This document shows positions 51,701 through 55,738 of a stretch of DNA of 64,000 nt, in pieces. Position 1 is the first letter of the stretch. Every line of letters begins with the position of its first letter. Where the stretch lies: NCBI GenBank assembly GCA_964400015.1, contig CAYNRR010000001.1:113275-177274 (forward strand), read 5' to 3'. The notes under the pieces are model-generated. The model saw only the letters and a list, made by a program, of their open reading frames with translations. It was not told the origin of the DNA and ran no database searches. The position numbers were made by a program, and so were the translations under genes. The DNA is from an uncultured Eubacteriales bacterium. GTDB lineage: Bacteria; Bacillota; Clostridia; TANB77; UBA1234.

Positions 51701-53541
51701 CTTAGTGCTGCTACGTCTGATGTTTTTTTGTAATCGGCAATTGATGAATTCCATATTACGCATCTTAATTCAAATCCATCTGCACAGTCACCTGATGTCA
51801 TTTTGCTTGTATCCATTGTTAATTTTGCTGTGTTATATCCTGTTGCAATTGATGATGTTACATCTTCCCAGTAGATGTTATCTCCTGATTTGTATTGCCA
51901 TTGGTATTTGTTTGCACCTTTTGCTGTTATTTCAAAAGTTGCTTTTTCGCCATAGTTTATTTTTTGTGTTTCTGGTTGCTTTGTATATTCTAATTCAAAT
52001 TTTGCTGCTTTTATTGAAATGTCGCCTTCTGCTACGGATACAGTAACTATGTCTGATTTTACCGCATCGTGTTCTTTGTAATAATTGTTTCCTACTAAGC
52101 AACGATATTGATAATCTGTGTTACTATATAATCTTGTTTTTGTTGTGAATGTTGACTTCTTTAGTGGTTTTTCTGTTGTTGAATTTGATGGTGTTGATGT
52201 GCTTGAACTACCTTGAGTTGATGTTGCATCTTTCCAGTAGTCATTTTCACTTTCTCTGTATTGCCATGTAAATGTTAAGTTTGTTCCCATTGCCACTACG
52301 CTAAACTTAGCAGTTCCACTTTGAACTTTTACTTTAGTTAAATCTAAAGTTGGTTGTTCCATGATTATTGGAATTTCTCCTACAGATATACTTGTGGCTG
52401 GTGTTAATGATAGTGCCGCTATATCTGATGAAACTCTTTGTTCTTCTGTAAAATATGTGTTACCAACTAAACATCTATATGTGTATTCTTCCATTACTGG
52501 ATATGTTGATACGCTAAGTGTTGCTGATGTTGAACTTGAGCTTACATTTTTCCAATATGTATTTTCGTTTTCTCTATATTGCCATTGGTAAGTTGTTGCA
52601 TTTTCTGCTACTACTTTGAATGTAGCAGTATTTCCTACTATTACTTTTTGTGTTGCTGGTTGTGTTGTTATGCTTGGTGCAAGCGCTGTTGTAACTGTTA
52701 TTGCTATATCTTCATCAACACTTGAGATATTGCATACTTTACCTCTAACATTTCCTAGTGTTGTGATTGCACTATCTCCTGATGCAAGTGTTGATTCTAT
52801 GCTTGCTATACCGTAATTGTTGTTTGGAACAATATTAAAGTTTAATGCTGTTCCTTCTGCTACTGTTGTGTTTCCTACTATTTCTTCTCCGTTTGTATCA
52901 AACACTTTGTAGTTTTCGCCGTCAAATGTTATTTTTCTTGTATTTACTGTGATGATTATATATGTAGAGAAACTGCCTGTTGTAAATTCTATTTCTTCTG
53001 CTGTTAATTTGCTTATTGGCAATATCTCATAGTTTTCGTTGTTCATAATATGCATAAGTGCATATGTTTTTGAATCGTCTATGTCAAGGTTCATGTCTAA
53101 GTTTGAAAGTTTTACTTTTACTTTTTGCCCATACGCAGTTGGTTGATATTTTAGGTTTTCATTTGTTACATCGATATCGAATGCGTCTACTACTTGTTCT
53201 GGTAAAATATCTTTTTTATAGCTTTGTGCTAATGATACTGCGTCTTCTTTATTTAGTTTAGCAACTTCTACTTGCGAATTTTTGATTAGTACACCTGTGA
53301 CTTGAACTTTTTCATTTGTAGAAGTTTGTTCCGATTCTATCTCATCATATTCTACGTAGTTTGAGAAAGGAAGCTTTTCACTACACAAGTCACAAATCAT
53401 ATCGATGTCACTATCGATATGTTCGCAAGATATTAACTTATTTTTTTCAGACTTTCTTATAAAGCCTGCTCCTATTCCAGCCGTGGCTACCAGCACCACT
53501 ATGCTCATTAAAATTAAGATAATCTTGTTCTTTTTCATCAT
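33709..53541 (-). CDS. Giant (6,610 aa) multidomain surface protein: Ig-like domains, DUF285/BspA-type repeats, LRR_5 (BspA-like) repeats and beta-helix regions
   Basis: Single uninterrupted ORF. Its N-terminal ~290 aa are near-identical to giant gene 1. It contains Ig-like domains with a QWQYR motif, three DUF285 arrays (..FDTSNVT.M..MF..C.SL..L), several arrays of FxxxxxLxxIxLPxxLxxIGxxAF (LRR_5), parallel beta-helix-like Gly/Asn-rich repeats, and SbsA-type Ig domains. Its start codon is only 28 bp from the DGR RT stop codon. Confidence 0.8.
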   Translation of the reverse strand: MMKKNKIILILMSIVVLVATAGIGAGFIRKSEKNKLISCEHIDSDIDMICDLCSEKLPFSNYVEYDEIESEQTSTNEKVQVTGVLIKNSQVEVAKLNKEDAVSLAQSYKKDILPEQVVDAFDIDVTNENLKYQPTAYGQKVKVKLSNLDMNLDIDDSKTYALMHIMNNENYEILPISKLTAEEIEFTTGSFSTYIIITVNTRKITFDGENYKVFDTNGEEIVGNTTVAEGTALNFNIVPNNNYGIASIESTLASGDSAITTLGNVRGKVCNISSVDEDIAITVTTALAPSITTQPATQKVIVGNTATFKVVAENATTYQWQYRENENTYWKNVSSSSTSATLSVSTYPVMEEYTYRCLVGNTYFTEEQRVSSDIAALSLTPATSISVGEIPIIMEQPTLDLTKVKVQSGTAKFSVVAMGTNLTFTWQYRESENDYWKDATSTQGSSSTSTPSNSTTEKPLKKSTFTTKTRLYSNTDYQYRCLVGNNYYKEHDAVKSDIVTVSVAEGDISIKAAKFELEYTKQPETQKINYGEKATFEITAKGANKYQWQYKSGDNIYWEDVTSSIATGYNTAKLTMDTSKMTSGDCADGFELRCVIWNSSIADYKKTSDVAALSVVQPIETESVYAEVKIELMEREGIDGYITNKYVIGAYRAGKTEYTPDLITKVIFTDTAASNATVSWDVSSTSAPDTVTSYLVPSTMSGDTQCYAQYFVATNTINAKYTCMLFDGYSNLTEIKNIEYLTTNNATNMFGMFRNCKKLKTLDISRFDTSNVTLMESMFSGCSALKELNLGTNFDTSNVTSMSAMFYSCGSLTKLNLGENFNTIKVKNMSNMLQNCSSLTTLDLGKQFDTRALTTTRLMFRGCTLLSAIDLGEKFDTSKVTDMSYMFASCTSIETLNLGTQFNTSNVTNMYHIFYNCKALTELDLGNQFDTSKITNMAEMFADCQSLKSVDVSMFNTSKVTNFDHMFKGCYSLTELNVTSFDTSSAKCMASMFDNCRSLTFLDLSSFDTSALDGVTGAYKWADTGKALTDTTALISNCTNLRTVILGEKFTRLDGKYIFLNNTKLERIISLRSVRSESDLMQIATDNSLSDKKAILYVPTTSDEALYEANSTYISLLGAEKIKPFMSLLGDNPAKMEAGTEYVDAGVTVFDWDSTNATNYNDLGYTVETAGLPIDTSTLGDKTITYTLKYTNKANETTVVDTQTRTIAIALGNYRVGEKYYSTLESAIESITTTGTVEVMRDCTDVVNAIIPTNKNITLDLSTYALTKNERGIVNYGVLNITGAGSLVGNDINLIQNDRELNIETATIELNVSERTGEYEILFNNYGAVTNINSGTLTSTVSAENVGIIQSTILDYGGTINVNGGTIAINRDTTMEDGLYTIALYMHVNGGTLNVNGGTISAVDNGGATYTSAIYISDNAILTIGTDDGIINDNLVTIIGEGYGVYTDGSNIVFYDGLIKGGINAVDKTNVVTPNNTAIYNYHEEIDGMHYEVASLKQAWNISKNAGVDNVWAYLINNEDNTKYQLLITGMGEMKDFTTADTPWNSYTSKITEISIDSTVTSIGNNAFRGTAITTITLPTQLKAIGDFALADTKNMTGILTIPVQVASMGANPFMGSNITGFSIATGNTNYKVENIALLTYDGKTVVSYPAGNGTATHIINANVENIADYAYAGAKNIAEVYLKSTSIIEIGTEAFTNLQANSVIYTMSKDVADKFVSGTHYTAENTKIYYPPMIDAQPTDVSVNAGHKATFTVTATAGNPADINYQWQYRTSATGTWTNVTDAQGTNGTTATFTTTGLTQAMNGYEYRCVLSNSAYPNAKMTQEKLVGTISNSAKVTVTASNYSVDGVMFDTLAEAYASITGTKGTIKVEADNTDTSELIVESGKDITINTNGHTITLTGKRIANLGTLTINGDGVIKLADDNTTLEYLISTYGTLNIEEVTLINNMNCVLHLKAGILNIKAGQITLNDGNAAIIIDEEQATVNVTGGKIISETNGIYCNLYKTKEFIINISGGTIESNGYAIRTDEKQTGIVNISGGELKSKGSYAIRNYSTSNTVNITGGTLISEYGEAINNPSTGKIVIGSNDETVSTTTPSIIGKTYAITSPNGFGFYDGILKGRTNAYSGDITSIADGYDVYKSEETINGKKYETAYLAPYLMIRNYSLDATSKPYATYVIGAEEAGYTQFTSDKIKSVTFVENTNVPAGATSWDVSEAQDESILAWVKDDNLYIGSDNKVLISPLGLSMLFADYTNCISINNFEIVDVSRATSMYGMFKNIKSMQTFDWSNIDTSKITKTDYTFAECTGLKELDLRNFNTTNVTSMKSMFENCTNLETIVLGENFTKISGANMFAGDTSLSRIIAQRAESMTTTASVGFDTATNAILYVPNQTAKVNYEATTPYETALGSDRIRTILELNGDNPTYKIKGESYTEKGATVAGFDSANATNYTKYGYSVTVDKTSIDTSEVCTQTITYTLNYTENGTTKEVMNITREIVIKGAPELMERETATGAMLGAYRANEATTYNASQVTKVIFTNKIPTNYVDSWDVSLVNGHKTVMSYIVPSELKDGTQYYDQYIVASARITAAYGAKLFYGYSNMTEIDNIEYISTQDATSFESMFSGCTSLEELDLRSFETSNVTVMAEMFNNCSSLLSLDVTNFNTSEVTAMYGMFTNCSSLTKLDLSSFDTSNAGEPQQLRGRGPLFSMFQNCTNLETLVLGEKFNTLNGYYMFNGCENLQKIISNRSVETSSDMMAINSVGIGVRNTPATLYVSSQTAEALYEANSSYINQFTADRIKSLLSLIGDERVKVNLGGSYTEYGYKIADEMPETLEDENIGDYRVTITGVEDIDFSTMGVYDVVYTLEYKNPYDENATYTTFMSLTRKVQVGGIEATVKVEGKNEYDSTLTAKITSSTIPEENYTYQWYICDIKSTNGGTPIEGATNKTYTVGKGLVGKYIYVEVTGNYGEYEEAKFYDLADEANNVSDTIAKKVVTLPKDDNSLVYNGEEQEFIPDGYNEKYMEVTGNTGTDAGTYKAEYILTDPDDCEWDKGEEITEEVIWTIAKKSIAAIWDGPFTFTYNGTEQGPEVHTESVVDGEVVTLTKYIKVDAGNYIAKTRIASVTGGRANANNYVLINETASFKINKATPEFVVTPTQLNITQGNTGILNYTSNVESTITVESADTSVATAGNIDLTGKTIEIISKGTGSTIITVTLDESINYSAATATVVVGTLSANYTDGTNYYETLASAFAGAKDGAIIIQLNEVTENTVAVVESSKTLTLKLNGNNSTIKVNDFITVKGNLTIEGLGTISQSTTDGTSTSSLIVVDGGTLTLKGAVEVNGSNTAITSKGIVNVSENVKITGITGIVNKGKLTFGVAGDVTQRDLVEVIATQTAIENVGEFYWYDGQITANAATIYSGVEPILEESIAICSEINGNKETRYVVRDTEAPVIENIISQTDWVKNSQTLEIIARDNIKVTGYALTETNEMPALDSNVWNTANTFTVTENKSYFVWVKDAAGNVVSKEFVAKWICLEIWDTTGESGTDTRAILKLDGTLLFEVVNGTIGYIKDYTVSNAPWSNDTRVTSVVVSEGIAKIGEYGLSNMIVADSITLPRSLTEIAESALYRTNNYSSINISGNTHFTIDELSIYDISKTTLYSYSKKNTEIDFTIPDTVKTLVTGLFYENGTLVEIRTNKNITSVGEDAFEGFKADVYYYTSCETMKEYALANSEEANFIAIDDVKPVIESFVINNDDISTISQDVTLTIIAKDDVKVSNVFISEQYYTDEEIRNKANSEWISYNGTEYPYTVSSGTGTKTVYVWVKDSSGNISSSVNDSIFYGDIEVKLLNQAEIVQYVDTTGKDYYKYIESVQGGYTSKSNVTVNVTGSVNHKVSGEYEIKYSVMLNDIEMQTLTRTVNVIENSWTGAKGTTQDEFTYVIHTNGKYAKITGYTGEFTRVLRIPASVTLDGTEYKVIDVESIGANRIVETVELPDTLINIGNRAFAEFNELENVDIPDAVMSIDENAFASAGLMNGIFVKLGSNFREIKAEAFKNARISDIDFGSMVKYLGDNAFANVRVPENFVLKLPASLDALGLDTFESTKIYDITVEEGNNKFIIDDDGISLLTNDEEMLVLYPIASDFEEYDIPQGVTTIGRKAFKDAEKLKIVNVSSSANTVNEYAFEGATNLEKVNYSELLTNIGEYAFLNSGVTSFAFNRNLNNISKGAFENSKLTDVSIHSKITSIKAEAFKGITTLKSVVIEGKPSISISAFENCTSLKTAVFTNNTGIVTIADKTSIPDSTTIYVPTSMEVIYESDSIYSQYENCTEKIQPILELIGNQEIVWTINNEYVEDGVKLAGETLKTSANSSTVKGLELVIDGTVDPSKSLRNTIVYIAKYNGVEVDRIERIVDIQDNIAPVIESVTTDSDWVSPYQTFVVKATDNIAVTAYIITTENTVPSVDDSRWQTSEKLKVDANQIWYIFAKDAAGNISTRYQVISTWVAAGKWDVSKNQDNSVHGIITLDGKTLIIKGNGETKNYAEKETPWYEDYKDTVTTITVEDGVTSIGDYLLGYMPNVLTITLPNTLEKVIDGAFAYTNNFENIELGNNTHLVYENGTLYNADKTELYVHTTKHTNDYEIPSNVQKICAAAFANSIYISRLDLTNVKEIQSYAFNGCTHFANQYIPKTLNKIGEKVFAGTRGPIYYYSSCDAMVEYVKAYGSETEFIEIDDIKPVIKNFVINNNEVSTDNENVTLNIDATDNKAISKIIIETTLSENITSGDPRWTDYAGEKEVAYTLTGGNGIKILYVWVMDTSGNICEQYATDTIILGANDFAFEHNDTIVQYVDRTGKGYYEFNEEVQGNYSIETEGVTVTVNANIDVTTVGEKQIVYSLDYYGTPAGEFYKTVDVIEDSWGTTIFSENGFDFVKHTDKNYAKIVKYSGSTNVVFPEIVTDGGIAYRVIEIESLDENPVVDVNTTTVELPTTIIHVGKNAFVNCTKLESINIEYNVLTIEENAFKNTGLKALDTNKNVRVIKEGAFENAHITTLNNSQLLKSIETRAFRNALDTERLTILASIDNIAEGAFAGSLIDKIVLDDENVTSKFKVHEDSLLLDTTTGTLIQYATGKGTISLECPSIGIKKIGEGAFMNATNIQKLSIKDNYTMVGREAFRNTGLTIFELNSNIQAIPEYLFADCTSLSTVILENARSIKANAFENTSALKQLVIFTSADYVCDIDNVSLLNENTKVYVLEKEMYKESASWTAIADRIYSIFRLNGDENITIEAGTEYIDSGVYAIDVLFASTSTYPDIDNITVEINSNVNTAKLGNQTVNYILKLNGNARTELSRNVKVQDTTPPVIEKIITLDVAQAQREKFEIIASDNHKIAGYAITQTDTQPILDSDVWSTSNVVYATQNGEWFVWVKDEAGNVAMETVKAENICAAIWDVGVVPNKVFASISFDNTIIFEGEGAVRYFAKEDIPWKDYLEKVNKIEVREGVTELQKYTLADMTNVGEISLPKSLTKVETSTFAKTNNFYEITFPNGTETFIYDGYTLYSMDKSILYVHSNRDQNITYTIDENVKTIGEYAFANNSNIVTITTTSNPTLLEGAFNNNNTLEKINGEIGGTRIESYVFENCSKLSGIEMSKDVTYIGSYAFSNCNMITEIEMILCTELKTLDHHAFANLKNLQTLKVYRTIANILADEENVRNVFEKMGSNFPENAKVYYYEGCNAMEEYAKYYPDINVDFIMIDEIGPRLMSLKVTNRENGTYSAGTVLEITAIMSENFLTIKGTIPELSIEFGSGSVIKLQPNGVDGRNIKYTYTITKDDLGQLECVSFDGELYDELDNKSEFKGPKTIDGNIYARSGVLLESDFEENKYFPRLSDATEYITSTGKLTMLLNEDAMKVATFKANTLVTLDINGKKVSLNCDQSEDTRLIKNNGTLTVIDSGAGELSTISTGLDACAIENEGTLKLVSGVIRAQTLKTGLAYGVLNKGEVNITGGTISAVNTEGTSYGMYNEGTLKMENGTITSSTIEGKTYALYVANGNVNVTGGQITSRLLSGNKGTTTGVYIEKGTYVSGKNDESISKESPIIYSTKDGLRNVGGKLEFYDGVIEGEAYRSLYTNEVKVVPGYALIKKLVGDREKAYLDFDVSKPIIELKNLTPDWTNDKVTIQAKFIDEESGVQNAYYGETEVTLVNNMITVEVEQNGTYTFKAIDFAGNTAEESITITNIDKESPTFENLSYTAMANQKEVTLTVTVKDNASGVRGYLLSKYEVEPTKWKELNKIMTKVELDISVTSNGKYYLYAIDDAGNIGKYNSVIDITDVDASAPVIKSLEIVDNDRGFANSSVVMIKVDAEDDTGVKEILISNKLLTNNQVLDSEEWVPYTEDVIWTLPIGDGEKTIYVWVKDKANRISKTSTATTKLLAQYIGNNGENSTSFKFLSKDANYNYGKELTADDLYIKVKDTTGAETYTGDYGEGIVLAKTPVVYGPIQEGSQAMSGRYYYVTAQNIAGEGIVYLCFRDTVEVDKAGNKIATAKLELETDVVVELNKPVITVSSTTVTVTDADNHSMNVIKIDGKTIKLSNGSITKSDLKAKYDIELVSGTKLETIDKCGNTAVYTIN

Positions 53542-53569
53542 TAGTTAGTCATCCTTTCAGTTTAAAAGT

Positions 53570-54517
53570 TTAAAACCTTTCACTAAGTAAAATATTGTAG
53601 TTTAAAACTGTGTTGCACATTCCGTTTAAAGCTATCTTTCCTATTTGGTAGAGATATAATCTCCTTTTTATTTTTCTTTTTGCCGTTCTGTATTTACTGT
53701 ATCTTCCATACGAATTTCTTCCCAGGAAAATGAAATTGTCGGTGTCTTTATAAATTCTTGTTTTTTGATTTAATACTAATTTTTCTTTTTCTAAAAATTT
53801 TTCAATTTTTATCAAGCATTCTTTTAAATATTCTTTCGATTGATGCATTACTAATGCATCATCTTGATACCTAATGTAATACTTTATTTTTAGCTCTTCT
53901 TTTATATAATGATCTAAATCATTAAGATAAAAAATTGCTAATATTTGAGATGTCATATTGCCTATCCCTAATCCATGTTCTTCATTATCTATAATTCTAT
54001 AGATAATATCTAAAGCATCTTTGTCTTTTATTTTTTTACTAACTTTATCTTTTAGTATTTCTTTGTCGATACTGAAAAAGAATTTTCTTATATCGAGTTT
54101 TAAAATATAGTAATTACCATATTTATTTTTGCAAATTTTTGAATAGTTTCTAAAATATCTAAGCCCTGCACCCGTTCCTTTATTTGGTCTACTTGCAACG
54201 TTTGTTTCTATAAGTGACGGTACAAGTGCCGGATATAGTATGTATCTGCTCACTAAATGATTTACTAATTTATCTTCCATACTTTGGCTTTCTATTCTTC
54301 TTTCTTTTGGTTCATAGATAGTAAATACATATGGCTTGCTAGGTACGTATTTTTTGCTTTTTAATATTTCGTACACTCTAAAAATATTTCTACATTTGTG
54401 TTCTTTATATCTTGCAACTTTTCTTTTGTTTTTTGTATTTCTGCAAATTTCATCGTAAACTGTCATTATATTTTCTAAATTATATATATCTTTATACAGA
54501 TTACTTTTTCTTTTCAT
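53570..54517 (-). CDS. Diversity-generating retroelement reverse transcriptase
   Basis: RT motifs including YQDD and the DGR-specific GIGNMTSQILAIFYLNDLDHYIKEE (I/LGxxxSQ). 315 aa. GGAGG RBS. Confidence 0.85.
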   Translation of the reverse strand: MKRKSNLYKDIYNLENIMTVYDEICRNTKNKRKVARYKEHKCRNIFRVYEILKSKKYVPSKPYVFTIYEPKERRIESQSMEDKLVNHLVSRYILYPALVPSLIETNVASRPNKGTGAGLRYFRNYSKICKNKYGNYYILKLDIRKFFFSIDKEILKDKVSKKIKDKDALDIIYRIIDNEEHGLGIGNMTSQILAIFYLNDLDHYIKEELKIKYYIRYQDDALVMHQSKEYLKECLIKIEKFLEKEKLVLNQKTRIYKDTDNFIFLGRNSYGRYSKYRTAKRKIKRRLYLYQIGKIALNGMCNTVLNYNILLSERF

Positions 54518-54731
54518 CTCGCCTCCGAAAAAGTAGCACAGGTGAAATTTTATTTCACCTTTTGCACCACTTAAAAATAGTACTAGTATTTACTCCCTTT
54601 CGCTTGTGCTACTAACAAATAAACACATCTATTTTTTATTCTTACTTAAATTGCTTTAAGTAATGGATAACAGTTTGTTTCTAAGATTCTCGTATATCAC
54701 CTTTAGTAGATATACCCACATTTGATAGAAG

Positions 54732-54830
54732 CTACAGGGCGCACCCCATTCGTGTTGTTGTTGTTGTTGTTCACGTTGCCGTTGTTATTCACGTACCACA
54801 AGTTGTTAGAGTTATAAGCAGAGGCTAGCC
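54732..54830 (-). repeat. DGR template repeat (TR), 99 bp
   Basis: 99 bp aligned to the VR at 55810..55908 with 14 mismatches. On the coding (minus) strand the TR carries runs of AAC codons (six consecutive) that align with varied codons in the VR. Confidence 0.85.
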
Positions 54831-54860
54831 TTTTCAACCGTACCCTATGTAATACCCTTT

Positions 54861-55235
54861 TTAAGGTTTATTACCAATTTCTTTTTTGTATGAATTTATC
54901 CATCCTGCATAGTACCTAACGATATTATCTAGTGACTCTCCAAATCTAAAATATCTTTTTGCATTTATGATTTCTTTGTCATAACATTGATTGATTAAAA
55001 AATCTAAAAGTTTTATGTGTGCAACTCCTTTTTCTTGCAAATCTCTTCGTTTATTTTCATCAATTGTTATATTGGCTTCATATGTTATGTACAACAAATC
55101 GTATGCACAGTCTTTTATTTTTCTTTTTAATTCAATTTCTTTGTTTGGGAAATTGACTAAATATTTATCTATTGCTGTAATTAAATCTTTTATCATTTCT
55201 ATTATTTTAAATTTTTCAGTTGGCTTATAATTCAT
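54861..55235 (-). CDS. avd: DGR accessory variability determinant (Avd; four-helix-bundle family)
   Basis: About 124 aa, helical, with a basic patch. The position between target/VR and TR-RT is canonical. Similar to the 23S rRNA intervening-sequence four-helix-bundle protein family. Confidence 0.65.
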   Translation of the reverse strand: MNYKPTEKFKIIEMIKDLITAIDKYLVNFPNKEIELKRKIKDCAYDLLYITYEANITIDENKRRDLQEKGVAHIKLLDFLINQCYDKEIINAKRYFRFGESLDNIVRYYAGWINSYKKEIGNKP

Positions 55236-55665
55236 CAAATATTATCTCCTCTATATTTTGAATTTTCTTTTTTATTGTTGGAGAATTTATATTTTCAATT
55301 AAATAATTGTATATTGCATTTATTCTGTTTTTTATTGTTACATACTTATATGCTTTTTCATAAAGTGAAGTATATTCGTTTTTATCTTTATATTTCATTT
55401 CATGTGATACTTCATAATTTTGTGATTTTACTGTTACGATATAGCTTACTTTGTTATCTTCTAATAATTTTAAGTTTTTATTTAATCCTGCTTTTGGGAA
55501 ACCACATGTATTGTAACTATTTTCTAAGGTTTTAATTTGATACCCACATAAATATGATAGTATGTACGAATCTTTGCCATACACGTGATAAAATGCACCG
55601 ATTTGTATCAATATTATTGTTTCAGGATTTATTTGTTTCATTGTTTTTATCATGGTATCTTTCAT
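55225..55665 (-). CDS. MutS-domain-I-like (mismatch-binding-domain-like) small protein encoded inside the DGR cassette
   Basis: 146 aa. NPETIILIQIGAFYHVYGKDSYIL...NTCGFPKAGLNKNLKLLEDNKVSYIVTVKSQ aligns with MutS domain I (E. coli [21 protein letters not shown]...[29 protein letters not shown]). The phenylalanine of the GxFxE motif is conserved, but the glutamate is replaced by histidine. Confidence 0.5.
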   Translation of the reverse strand: MKDTMIKTMKQINPETIILIQIGAFYHVYGKDSYILSYLCGYQIKTLENSYNTCGFPKAGLNKNLKLLEDNKVSYIVTVKSQNYEVSHEMKYKDKNEYTSLYEKAYKYVTIKNRINAIYNYLIENINSPTIKKKIQNIEEIIFDEL

Positions 55666-55738
55666 TTTATTCCCCCCATTTTTTGTTTTTTCTCCGTAAG
55701 CAGACCTTAGGCCTGCTCACGGACATACTGTTCAAGTT

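Noticed and set aside
34259-52816. Dozens of plus-strand ORFs overlapping giant gene 2
   Set aside because: Spurious antisense ORFs. The minus strand carries a single 19.8-kb ORF with coherent domain architecture.
4107-53541. Sortase (LPXTG) or choline-binding anchoring of the giant proteins
   Set aside because: Neither C-terminus (..GPTQGLLLH and ..CGNTAVYTIN) carries an LPXTG-type sorting signal. Anchoring is more plausibly through the shared N-terminal hydrophobic segment.
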